From the NCBI GenBank assembly GCA_963973995.1, contig CAXBCO010000003.1, positions 133,273 through 197,272 on the forward strand: a stretch of 64,000 nt of DNA, given 5' to 3'. The notes under the pieces are model-generated. The model did no database searches and was not told where the DNA came from. It saw only the letters and a list, made by a program, of their open reading frames with translations. The stretch's first letter is position 1. Each line of letters starts with the position of its first letter. Made by a program: the position numbers and the translations under genes. The stretch is from an uncultured Alphaproteobacteria bacterium. Lineage in GTDB: Bacteria; Pseudomonadota; Alphaproteobacteria; Caulobacterales; Hyphomonadaceae. This document shows positions 53,201 through 61,571 of this stretch, one piece after another.

Positions 53201-53923
53201 ATGACAGACCAACCCAGACTTGTACTCGTGACCGGTGCCTCGCGCGGGATCGGCCGCGCGGCCGCGCTCCACCTCGCCCGGCAGGGCGACATCGTGATTG
53301 CCGTTGCCCGCTCGAAGGCGGCACTCGAAAAGCTCGATGACGAAATTCGCGCCCTGGGCAGCGAAGCAGTGCTCGTTCCCATGGACCTCAAGGATGCCAA
53401 GGGCATCGAAACGCTGGGCAAGGTGATCGGCGAGAAGTTCGGCCGCCTCGACGGCCTCGTCGCCAATGCCGGCGTGCTCGGTACGCTCGGACCTCTGGAA
53501 AGCTGCGGACCGCGCAGTTTCGAGGAGACGATCGAAGTCAACCTGACGGCCAACTGGCGTCTTATCCGGGCGCTCGCGCCCTGGCTGCACCAGTCTGCAT
53601 CTCCTCGCGCCGTGTTCGTCACCTCCAGCGTGGCCACAAACCCCCAGGCTTTCTGGGGCGCCTACCAGGCCTCCAAGGCCGGGCTGGAAGCCATGGTCAT
53701 CGGCTGGGCCGACGAGACCGAGAAAATGGCCCTGCGCGTCAACATCTTCGATCCTGGCGGCACACGCACCGAGATGCGCGCCGCCGCCAAGCCCGGCGAA
53801 GACCCGATGACGCTGCCGACGGCAGACGTCGTCGCCGCCGAACTCGTGAAGCTCGTGTCGGTGGACGAGACCCGCACCGGCAAACGCATCCGCTACCGTG
53901 ACCTGCATCCGGCGAATGGCTGA
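53201..53923 (+). CDS. SDR-family oxidoreductase, 240 aa
   Basis: TGASRGIG cofactor motif and YQASK catalytic YxxxK. Confidence 0.85.
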   Translation: MTDQPRLVLVTGASRGIGRAAALHLARQGDIVIAVARSKAALEKLDDEIRALGSEAVLVPMDLKDAKGIETLGKVIGEKFGRLDGLVANAGVLGTLGPLESCGPRSFEETIEVNLTANWRLIRALAPWLHQSASPRAVFVTSSVATNPQAFWGAYQASKAGLEAMVIGWADETEKMALRVNIFDPGGTRTEMRAAAKPGEDPMTLPTADVVAAELVKLVSVDETRTGKRIRYRDLHPANG

Positions 53924-54404
53924 TCCGGAGACGATCCCGAAACCGTTTCTTGTCCGGTCGGCACGACAGGACGACCTCCCGGTCCTGCTGGCATTCGAGC
54001 AGGGGATCATCGCCGCTGAGCGTCCCTACGATCACACGCTGAAGCCCGATCCGATCAGCTATTACGATATCGTAGAATTGATCGCGTCCGATGACGCCGA
54101 AGTCGCGGTGATCGAACGGGACGGTCAGGTCGTCGCCTCGGGTTTTGCGATGCGAAAGGTGTCCAAAGCCTATGTGCAGGACGAATACCACGCCTACCTG
54201 GGATTCATGTATGTCAGTCAGGACTATCGCGGCCGGGGGCTCAACAAGCGGCTGCTTGAACACTTGTCAGACTGGGCGAAGGCGAATGATCTCCGCGAAA
54301 TTCGTCTCACGGTCTACAGTGACAACGCTCCCGCAATCCGCGCCTATGAAAAGGCCGGGTTCAGGTCGCATATCCTGGAGATGAGGCTCAATCTGGATGA
54401 GTAG
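53916..54404 (+). CDS. GNAT-family N-acetyltransferase
   Basis: Overlaps the SDR stop by 8 nt. Acetyl-CoA motif YRGRGLNKRLLEHL. Confidence 0.8.
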   Translation: MADPETIPKPFLVRSARQDDLPVLLAFEQGIIAAERPYDHTLKPDPISYYDIVELIASDDAEVAVIERDGQVVASGFAMRKVSKAYVQDEYHAYLGFMYVSQDYRGRGLNKRLLEHLSDWAKANDLREIRLTVYSDNAPAIRAYEKAGFRSHILEMRLNLDE

Positions 54405-54747
54405 AAAAGACCAGTTGTTCCTGCTCGAAACCGGATTCACAGACCCCGCCTTTCCCGGTCAGGTTTTCTACTGCTGGCATTGCGTCTTGATGGAAGGCCT
54501 GATTGCCTCATTCCCGCAATTGTCCCGGCAGCTCGACGTCCACCGGATAACATGGCAACGACCGCGCGGCGACTTGGTCACGTTGCTTGGCCCCGAGAAC
54601 CAGTCCTGCCCTGTCTTGGTTTTGGCGGATGGCTCGGCCAACAGCGTCCATGCCCGGCAATATGCCGGCAAACGCTTCATCGACGACAAGGACGCCATCC
54701 TGATCGCACTCACAGAACGCCACGACATCCCCACGCCGCATCCCTAG
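54397..54747 (+). CDS. DUF3088 family protein, 116 aa
   Basis: Overlaps the upstream gene by 8 nt. LFLLETGFTDPAFPGQVFYCWHCVLMEGL and ENQSCPVLVL match my recollection of DUF3088. Confidence 0.6.
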   Translation: MSRKDQLFLLETGFTDPAFPGQVFYCWHCVLMEGLIASFPQLSRQLDVHRITWQRPRGDLVTLLGPENQSCPVLVLADGSANSVHARQYAGKRFIDDKDAILIALTERHDIPTPHP

Positions 54748-54752
54748 CCAAC

Positions 54753-55769
54753 TCAGATCGCGAAGTGCTTCGACAGCTTCAGTCCCTGTCCCTGGTAATT
54801 TGATCCGGAACCACCATAGAGCCCTGAGGGTTTAGCTGCCATGGGCTCGTAGATCAGTTTGGCAACCGGCTGGCCGTGCTCAAGGATGAAGGGAACATCA
54901 CGTGAGCGCACCTCCAGGACAGCCCGGCTCCCACCTTTGTTGGTACCGAACCCCGGATCGAAAAACCCGGCATAATGAGCCCGAAACTCGCCCAGCTCTG
55001 GCGCAATCGGGGCCATTTCAGCTGCCTCAAGCGCCGCGACCTTCACCGTCTCGCGACTGACAAGGATGTAGAAGTCCTCCGGATTCAGCACGATGCGGCC
55101 GTGGCGCGGGAACACAGGTTCCCAGAACTGCCCGGCTTCGTGCGCGCCGATTCCGCGCAGGTCCACGACACCCGAATGCAGCTTGGCCCGATATCCTGCA
55201 GGCTGGCCGGCCGGTGGTTCAAGATCAATTGAAACAACCCGCTCTTTCAGCGCATCCGGGCGCTTTCGCTTGAAACGCACCTGCGCCAGCCGGTCGCCGG
55301 GGCGGACCATGATCGGGAAGGTGCGCGGCGACACTTCCAGATAGAGCGGCCCGGAATAGCCCGTCGGCACGTCGTCAAAGGCCCTACCCCGGTTTGTCAC
55401 CAGTCGTGTGAATACATCGATCCGCCCCGTCGAGCTTTTCGGATTGGCCCGCGCCGATATGCCGGCGGGCAAACGCAATGATTCCTGCAGCGGCACGAGG
55501 TAGACACACCCCGTTTCCAGCACCGCGCCTTTGTCGGTCAGGTCGATCCGGTGCATGTGCACGCCCGGCTCCTGCAGCATTTCGGCCACCGTCCGGTCCT
55601 TGCCCGGCAGGAAGCTCGCGCGCAGGCGGTAGGCATCTTCTGCAAGGCGCAGGTCGAGGCTCGCCGGCTGGACCTGACCGGCCTCCAGCGGCAGGTCGCT
55701 GCGGATCGCGCCGCCAGCCACCAGGGCCTCAATTTCGTGGTCGGGCAAAACGCCCGTTTCCTGTACCAT
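54753..55769 (-). CDS. dcd: Long-form 2'-deoxycytidine 5'-triphosphate deaminase-like protein
   Basis: About 340 aa with a duplicated Dcd/dUTPase-like fold, as annotated in Alphaproteobacteria. N-terminus GVLPDHEIEALVAGGAI. I preferred the ATG at 55769 because the ORF-track start at 55820 is a TTG. Confidence 0.65.
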   Translation of the reverse strand: MVQETGVLPDHEIEALVAGGAIRSDLPLEAGQVQPASLDLRLAEDAYRLRASFLPGKDRTVAEMLQEPGVHMHRIDLTDKGAVLETGCVYLVPLQESLRLPAGISARANPKSSTGRIDVFTRLVTNRGRAFDDVPTGYSGPLYLEVSPRTFPIMVRPGDRLAQVRFKRKRPDALKERVVSIDLEPPAGQPAGYRAKLHSGVVDLRGIGAHEAGQFWEPVFPRHGRIVLNPEDFYILVSRETVKVAALEAAEMAPIAPELGEFRAHYAGFFDPGFGTNKGGSRAVLEVRSRDVPFILEHGQPVAKLIYEPMAAKPSGLYGGSGSNYQGQGLKLSKHFAI

Positions 55770-55833
55770 CTCTTGCACCCCTTGTGCTCTCAGGCATAAG
55801 ACCCAATGCAGGAAAGACAAGGACTATAACAGC

Positions 55834-57036
55834 ATGGCGAACGGGTCAGACACATCGGGCAAAGCGGGCTGGAAGCCAGCGACCAAAGCGGTGCGCGGCG
55901 GCCTGATGCGGTCCGAGCATGGCGAGATCTCCGAGGCGCTCTACCTGACATCCGGCTATGCTTATGACAGCGCTGAACAGGCCATGGCCCGCATGAAGGG
56001 CGACGAGCCGGGATTCGTCTATTCCCGCTATGGCAGCCCGACCTGCGAAATGCTGCAGCAGCGACTCGCCCTGATCGAAGACGCCGAAACCTGCCGTGTC
56101 ACCGCAAGCGGCATGGGCGCCATTTCCGCCGCCATTCTCGCCCCCCTGAAGACCGGCGACCGCGTCGTCGCGGCAACCGCCCTGTTCGGCTCGTGCCGCT
56201 GGATCATCGCCAACCTGATGCCGAAATACGGGATCGAGACTGTTTTCGTTGACGGCGCAGACCTTGAGGCCTGGGAACGCGAACTCGCCAAGGGCTGCCA
56301 GCTCGTCCTGATCGAAAGCCCGGCCAACCCGCTGCTCGACGGCGTCGATATCGAAGCCGTAGCGAAGCTCTGCAAGAAAGCCGGTGCGCTCTTGGTCGTG
56401 GACAATGTGTTCGCGACCCCGATCCTGCAGAAACCATTGGAGCTTGGCGCCGACGTCGTTGTCTATTCAGCCACCAAGCATATGGACGGCCAGGGCCGCG
56501 TCATGCTCGGAGCGATCCTCTGTGATTCGGACTACATGGAAGAGGTGTACGATCCGTACCTGCGCCATGTCGGCCCCGCGGCAGCGCCGTTCAACGCCTG
56601 GGTCGTCCTCAAGGGCCTCGAAACCCTGAAACTGCGTGTCGACGCCCAGAGCGCCACCGCCGCACGCCTGGCTGACGCCATCGCGGCCCACCCGAATGCT
56701 GCGGCCGTTCGCTATCCCCACCGCAAGGACCACCCGCACTATGACGTCCACAAGCGCCAGATGACGAGCGGTGGCACAATGATCGCGCTGTCCGTCAAAG
56801 GCGGTCAGGAAGCGGCGTTCAAGTTCCTGAATTCCCTGGAACTTGTCGACATCTGCAATAACCTTGGCGACACCAAGTCGCTCGCCTGTCACCCCTCCAC
56901 CACCACCCATCGCGCGCTCACCGATGCGGAGCAGGCAGCCATGGGCCTGGACCGCAGCTGGATCCGCTTTTCAGTCGGTCTGGAGGATGCTGACGACCTT
57001 GAAGCAGACGTTCTTCGCGCGCTTAACAGTGTGTGA
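55834..57036 (+). CDS. metZ: O-succinylhomoserine sulfhydrylase (Cys/Met PLP-dependent family)
   Basis: PLP-lysine motif YSATKHMDGQGR. Family-typical C-terminus IRFSVGLED. Adjacent to apaG, as is common in Alphaproteobacteria. Confidence 0.8.
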   Translation: MANGSDTSGKAGWKPATKAVRGGLMRSEHGEISEALYLTSGYAYDSAEQAMARMKGDEPGFVYSRYGSPTCEMLQQRLALIEDAETCRVTASGMGAISAAILAPLKTGDRVVAATALFGSCRWIIANLMPKYGIETVFVDGADLEAWERELAKGCQLVLIESPANPLLDGVDIEAVAKLCKKAGALLVVDNVFATPILQKPLELGADVVVYSATKHMDGQGRVMLGAILCDSDYMEEVYDPYLRHVGPAAAPFNAWVVLKGLETLKLRVDAQSATAARLADAIAAHPNAAAVRYPHRKDHPHYDVHKRQMTSGGTMIALSVKGGQEAAFKFLNSLELVDICNNLGDTKSLACHPSTTTHRALTDAEQAAMGLDRSWIRFSVGLEDADDLEADVLRALNSV

Positions 57037-57060
57037 AGGAATTCAACGCAATTTCGCATA

Positions 57061-57477
57061 ATGGCACGCCGACACGCTCCCCCGCTGTATGAAGAAATCA
57101 CGCAAGGCGTGCGCATCCGCGTGCGTCCGAAATTCATGCATGACGAATCAGAACCGTCGCGGGGCCGCTTCATGTGGTCCTACACGGTCGATGTCGAAAA
57201 CGAGAGTGAACAGACCTGGACCATCCTGCGCCGACACTGGCGCATCGTCGATGCGCAGGGCCGCCTGCAGGCCGTCGACGGCGAGGGCGTAATTGGCCAG
57301 ACCCCCACACTTATGCCCGGCGAACGCTTCAGCTACACGTCCGGCGCGCCGCTCGCGGCCCCCTCCGGCATGATGAGCGGCACGTATGACTTGAAGGATG
57401 AAAGCGGTTTCGAGATCGTTGCCACGATCCCGGTCTTCTCGCTCGACAGCCCTTACGATACGTCGCTGCCCAGCTAG
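57061..57477 (+). CDS. apaG: ApaG (DUF525) protein
   Basis: Motifs RFMWSYTVDVEN, RHWRIVDAQGR, GEGVIGQTPTLMPGERFSYTSG. Confidence 0.9.
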   Translation: MARRHAPPLYEEITQGVRIRVRPKFMHDESEPSRGRFMWSYTVDVENESEQTWTILRRHWRIVDAQGRLQAVDGEGVIGQTPTLMPGERFSYTSGAPLAAPSGMMSGTYDLKDESGFEIVATIPVFSLDSPYDTSLPS

Positions 57478-57483
57478 GCTGGA

Positions 57484-58515
57484 TCAGTCTGCCGGCGGGC
57501 CCGGCAGGACATCACCCATTTCAATCAGGCGAAAGTGCTTTGCCATCATCTCGGGTGTGAAGACGCCCTGCAATTCACTTGACGCCAGCGTCCCATCCCA
57601 GGCTTCAAGCTGGGTTGGCGCGCTTTCGGCAAACAGGACATTGCCGCCCGCCGAATCGCCCAGATAGGCACCATACTCCTGCAGCGCCCGAGCGATGATC
57701 TTGCCCTCACGCGACAGATCCGAACCATCCACATCAAACGCCGGATCAAGCTGGATGCGGGCGCCGAGCGGCATTCCGGTCTGTGCAGCAACATCCGCAC
57801 TTTCTGCCACCGGCATCGCCGTGCTCGCAGGCGACACAAAGCCGTCGGTCATCGCGCCGGGATAGGCAAACATCAGGGCATGGGGAATCCGTCCCGAATT
57901 GATTTCCTCAACCCGGATCAGGCCCGCCGTCAGCGGAAAGCCGGATGCAATCGCGCTTGCAGCAAGATTCGGCTGGTCCACTTCATTCCAGGGCGGCGAC
58001 ACGCCGCTGCCGCGTAGATTGGTGATGGCGCCGAAGCCTGTGAACCAGCGACCATCCTCGCGCTGGTAGGCCTGGCGCATGTCCCATTCCAGGTTCCGCG
58101 CCTTGTCCACGATCGCGATATAGCCGAGGCCACCTTGCGGCCGCGCCGATTGCGCCCCTTCCGGGATCGGAATCTCGCGCGGCAATTCGAAACCGCGACC
58201 GTACTGGCCGGGATAGAGATCAAGGACCTCATGTTTCGGCGTCTCATCCATGTCGATGTAGTATACCGGCACGGACCATTCGGCGATATTGATGTAGAGA
58301 CTGCCATTGCCCGCAAAATCGCTGATCAGCGCCCTGGATTGCGCGTCGATCTCTGGATTCGCCGGGATGGGCGTGTTCCAGGGACTGTCGGCTGCGAACG
58401 GGCGCCATGTCTTCAAGGGCGCGTCGTCAACCGCTCGTTCCGAAGGTGATTGAGAGCAGGCGGCCAGTGCCAGCAACACGGCATAAAAAGCGAAATTCCG
58501 GATCAAGAACGACAT
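57484..58515 (-). CDS. Hypothetical secreted lipoprotein, 343 aa
   Basis: Lipobox LLALAAC. GC3-rich codon usage. Conserved-looking segments (SPWNTPIP, IPHALMFAYPG, LQEYGAYLGDSAGG) but no family I can name. Confidence 0.6.
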   Translation of the reverse strand: MSFLIRNFAFYAVLLALAACSQSPSERAVDDAPLKTWRPFAADSPWNTPIPANPEIDAQSRALISDFAGNGSLYINIAEWSVPVYYIDMDETPKHEVLDLYPGQYGRGFELPREIPIPEGAQSARPQGGLGYIAIVDKARNLEWDMRQAYQREDGRWFTGFGAITNLRGSGVSPPWNEVDQPNLAASAIASGFPLTAGLIRVEEINSGRIPHALMFAYPGAMTDGFVSPASTAMPVAESADVAAQTGMPLGARIQLDPAFDVDGSDLSREGKIIARALQEYGAYLGDSAGGNVLFAESAPTQLEAWDGTLASSELQGVFTPEMMAKHFRLIEMGDVLPGPPAD

Positions 58516-58579
58516 GAACGCTTTCCTTCCAGACGCACAGAATAGGCCAATTCAAGGATCACACAAATACCTGTACGCT

Positions 58580-58605
58580 GGCCAGCGAGTTTGGCCAGCG
58601 AGTTT
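58580..58605. repeat. Perfect tandem duplication of a 13-mer (GGCCAGCGAGTTT x2)
   Basis: Read directly in the 201-bp spacer. It lies 65-90 nt upstream of the lipoprotein ATG (minus strand). Confidence 0.9.
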
Positions 58606-58638
58606 CGCCCGGCAAGCGCAATTCCGCCAGGCACAGCC

Positions 58639-58667
58639 GGAAATCGGGCCCCAATGGCCCGATTTCC
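58639..58667. other. Perfect 12-bp inverted repeat GGAAATCGGGCC-N5-GGCCCGATTTCC
   Basis: Read directly. It lies 50 nt downstream of the stop of the MDR dehydrogenase gene (minus strand). No U-tract on either strand. Confidence 0.85.
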
Positions 58668-58716
58668 TGAACTGTGACGGCGAGTTCCTGCGTTCCGCAG
58701 CGCCTGTCAGTCGGTG

Positions 58717-59856
58717 CTATTTGTTCGGATTGATCAGGTATTTCTCACCCGTTGCGCGCCGGTTGTACGCTTCGATCACCGGCAGCTGCAACGCTTCTGC
58801 GAGTGAAATCTCGGACGTATAATGGCTGGCGAACGTTGTCTTGAGTTCGGCGCCAACCCGCGCGCGCAGTTTCGCGCGACCTTCGGCGCCGACCTTTTGC
58901 AGGAAGGGTGTCAGCAGGAACCCGCCCACGCCCCAGGCCATGCCCACGCCGGGCGGCAAGGTAGTCGGGCTCATGTCGAGACGGCCATAGATGTAGACCT
59001 GCTTGTGCGTCGCCGAACCGTAGCGGCTGTATTCCTTGGCGTTGAGATTGGCGGCCGCTTCCATCGCCACGAGGATTTGCCCGGCCAGCGGGCCGCCCCC
59101 AATGGCATCAAAGCCGAGAGTCGCGCCCGTCGTGGCCAGCGCGCTGATCAGGTCGTCCATGAAGCCAAGCGAGGTAGAATTGACGATATGCTTGGCGCCG
59201 AGGTCGCGGAGGATTTTCTCCTGGGCGTCGGAACGCACCACGTTCACGAGATCAATTCCATCCGCGATACAGATCTTGTTCAGCATCTGGCCAAGGTTCG
59301 AAGCCGCCGCCGTATGCAGCAGCGCCGTGTGGCCTTCCATGCGCATGACTTCGGTCATCGCCAGGGATGTCAGCGGATTGACGAAGCAGGACGCGCCGTC
59401 GCGGGCCGTCGCGCCGTCAGGCAATTCCATGCACTGGGCAACGTTCAACATGCGGTACTGCGAATACATTTCGCCGCCGAGGCCTGCGACCGTCTTGCCG
59501 AGCAGGGCCTGCGCCGCAGGCGACGAACCCGCTGCCACAACCGTGCCTGCGCCTTCATTGCCTACTGGCATCGACTGGTCGATGCGAGGGGTCATGGCCC
59601 GCATGCCAGCAGACGACACTTTTGCGGTGACGACTGGACGGTCCGCAGTCCCCGATGCTTTCGCCGTGCTCATGTCGGCTGCGCCGAGCAGCAGTCCAAG
59701 ATCGGAGGGGTTGATCGGTGTCGCTTCGACGCGAACAATCACATCGTCCGGGCCGGGCGTTGGAATCTCCACCTCAGCCAAGGACAGTTCCAGCTCGCCG
59801 CCGGATTTTACGTGTGATCTCAGTTGAAGGCCCTTGGCCGGAACGCTGGACGCCAT
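58717..59856 (-). CDS. Medium-chain dehydrogenase/reductase, quinone-oxidoreductase-like, 379 aa
   Basis: N-terminal GroES-like segment VIVRVEATPINPSDLG. A Rossmann-type segment follows. Confidence 0.7.
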   Translation of the reverse strand: MASSVPAKGLQLRSHVKSGGELELSLAEVEIPTPGPDDVIVRVEATPINPSDLGLLLGAADMSTAKASGTADRPVVTAKVSSAGMRAMTPRIDQSMPVGNEGAGTVVAAGSSPAAQALLGKTVAGLGGEMYSQYRMLNVAQCMELPDGATARDGASCFVNPLTSLAMTEVMRMEGHTALLHTAAASNLGQMLNKICIADGIDLVNVVRSDAQEKILRDLGAKHIVNSTSLGFMDDLISALATTGATLGFDAIGGGPLAGQILVAMEAAANLNAKEYSRYGSATHKQVYIYGRLDMSPTTLPPGVGMAWGVGGFLLTPFLQKVGAEGRAKLRARVGAELKTTFASHYTSEISLAEALQLPVIEAYNRRATGEKYLINPNK

Positions 59857-59995
59857 CTTGTCTCTCCCTGATGCAGTGTTTGAAGTGGATTTTCCACATG
59901 CCTACACGTTGCGAGAGCCCGCGTCCAAGTCTTGTATTTTTGCGGGACCGCTCCTAATGCGTCGCGAGGTGACGCAGGGTCACACCCTCGCCACG

Positions 59996-61522
59996 CTAGT
60001 GCTTCGGCTTGTACCGCTTCGACGGTCGCTGCTGCGCGGCCTTGTCAGCATAGGGGTTCTTGCCCTGACGCACGAACAGCCGGATCGGCACGCCGTTCAT
60101 GTCGAACGCATCGCGCACGCCATTGACGAGATAGCGCTTGTACTGGTCCGGCATCTGGTCGCCGCGCGAGGCGATCAGCACGAATGTCGGCGGGCGCGCC
60201 TTCATCTGGGCCATATAGCGCGGCTTGATCCGCTTGCCGTGCACGGAGGGTGGTGGATGGCGCTCGATCGTATGGCGCAGCCAGCGGTTCAGGTCCCCCG
60301 TCTTCACCCGCGCCGTCCAGTTGGCATAGACGCTCACGACCGCAGGCATCAGCTTCTCGATATTCCGGCCCGTCAGGCCCGACAGGAACACGATGGGCGC
60401 GCCACCGGCATTCGGCATCAGGCGATTGGAAAGGTCACGGATATGCTTGGCGGCCGCGTCGGGATCCTTCACGAGGTCCCATTTCGAAATCACCAGGACA
60501 ATGCCCCGGCCCTCGCGCAGGGCAAGGTCGGCAATCTGCAGGTCCTGCTTTTCCATCGCTTCGTCGGCGTCCATGACCAGCGCGACAATGTCAGCATATT
60601 TCAGAGAACGGATGGTTTCCCCCGTCGACATGCGCTCCAGCTTTTCCTGCACGCGCGACTTCCTGCGGAGGCCAGCCGTATCGACCAGGCGAATGCGCCG
60701 GCCTTCCCATTCCCAATCGATGGAAATCGAATCCCGGGTAATGCCCGCCTCCGGTCCCGTCAGCAGGCGGTCTGATTGCAGCAATTGGTTGATCAGCGTC
60801 GACTTGCCCGCGTTCGGGCGGCCCACAATGGCCAGCTTGATCGGCTTGTCGGGACGTACCGGCTCCGGTTCGACATCGACGTCGGCCTCCTCGATGGCCG
60901 CAACAAGGTCGTCATCCGACAGCGTCTGGTCGTCGATATCGATATGCGACAGCTTGTCGAGAATGTCTTCGCCGCCAAAATGCGTATAGTCCGGCTCGGC
61001 CTCTTCGAGTGCCTTCTCGAAGGCATCCTCGCCCAGCGCCTGGCGGATGGCCTCGAACAGGTCTGCCATGCCTTCGCCATGCTCGGCCGACAGGCCGACC
61101 GGTTCACCAAAACCCAGCTCCCAGGCCTCGTTCAGGCCGTCGCGTCCGGCTTTGCCTTCAGCCTTGTTCGCCGCCAGCACGACGGGAATGTTCGCCTTGC
61201 GCAACAGCGCGGCAAAGCTCTGGTCCTCGATCGTTACGCCAACACGTGCATCAATCAGGAACAGCGCAACTTCCGCCTCGGCAATCGCCGCTTCGGTCTG
61301 CTCGCGCATGCGCGATTGCAGGCTACCATCGTGGACGTTTTCATAACCCGCCGTATCGATCAGGATCAGTGGCAGTGAGGCAAGCCGGCCTTCGGCCTGC
61401 TTGCGGTCGCGCGTCACGCCGGGCTGGTCATCGACCAGCGCAATTTTCTTGCCGGCGAGCCGGTTGAACAGCGTCGACTTTCCGACGTTCGGACGTCCGA
61501 GAATAGCGAGTTTAAGCGGCAT
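59996..61522 (-). CDS. der: Ribosome-associated GTPase Der (EngA), 508 aa
   Basis: Two G domains (GRPNVGKSTLFN and GRPNAGKSTLIN). An acidic linker between them. KH-like C-terminal domain with a basic tail. Confidence 0.95.
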   Translation of the reverse strand: MPLKLAILGRPNVGKSTLFNRLAGKKIALVDDQPGVTRDRKQAEGRLASLPLILIDTAGYENVHDGSLQSRMREQTEAAIAEAEVALFLIDARVGVTIEDQSFAALLRKANIPVVLAANKAEGKAGRDGLNEAWELGFGEPVGLSAEHGEGMADLFEAIRQALGEDAFEKALEEAEPDYTHFGGEDILDKLSHIDIDDQTLSDDDLVAAIEEADVDVEPEPVRPDKPIKLAIVGRPNAGKSTLINQLLQSDRLLTGPEAGITRDSISIDWEWEGRRIRLVDTAGLRRKSRVQEKLERMSTGETIRSLKYADIVALVMDADEAMEKQDLQIADLALREGRGIVLVISKWDLVKDPDAAAKHIRDLSNRLMPNAGGAPIVFLSGLTGRNIEKLMPAVVSVYANWTARVKTGDLNRWLRHTIERHPPPSVHGKRIKPRYMAQMKARPPTFVLIASRGDQMPDQYKRYLVNGVRDAFDMNGVPIRLFVRQGKNPYADKAAQQRPSKRYKPKH

Positions 61523-61524
61523 AA

Positions 61525-61559
61525 GCCTGCCCGTTCATACGGTTAACGGGCGGGCTTTT
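61525..61559. other. GC-rich hairpin (11-bp stem) plus TTTT between bamB and der
   Basis: GCCTGCCCGTT (61525-35) pairs with AACGGGCGGGC (61545-55). The pairing has one G:U on the plus-sense RNA and one C/A mismatch on the minus-sense RNA. The T-run follows only on the plus strand. Confidence 0.5.
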
Positions 61560-61571
61560 GGGCCGTGCGCC

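Noticed and set aside
51716-54010. 764-aa ORF on the minus strand, the longest open frame in this region
   Set aside because: It is exactly antisense to purF and the SDR gene, both of which have unmistakable family motifs. Its composition is Arg/Gly/Ala/His/Asp-rich with no motifs, which is typical of a shadow ORF in high-GC DNA.
55770-55833. Possible SAM riboswitch (SAM-II/metA type) upstream of metZ
   Set aside because: The 64-nt leader shows no pseudoknot-type pairing and no AAAGC-containing core that I could recognise. A covariance-model scan (Rfam SAM-II, SAM-V) would be the decisive check.
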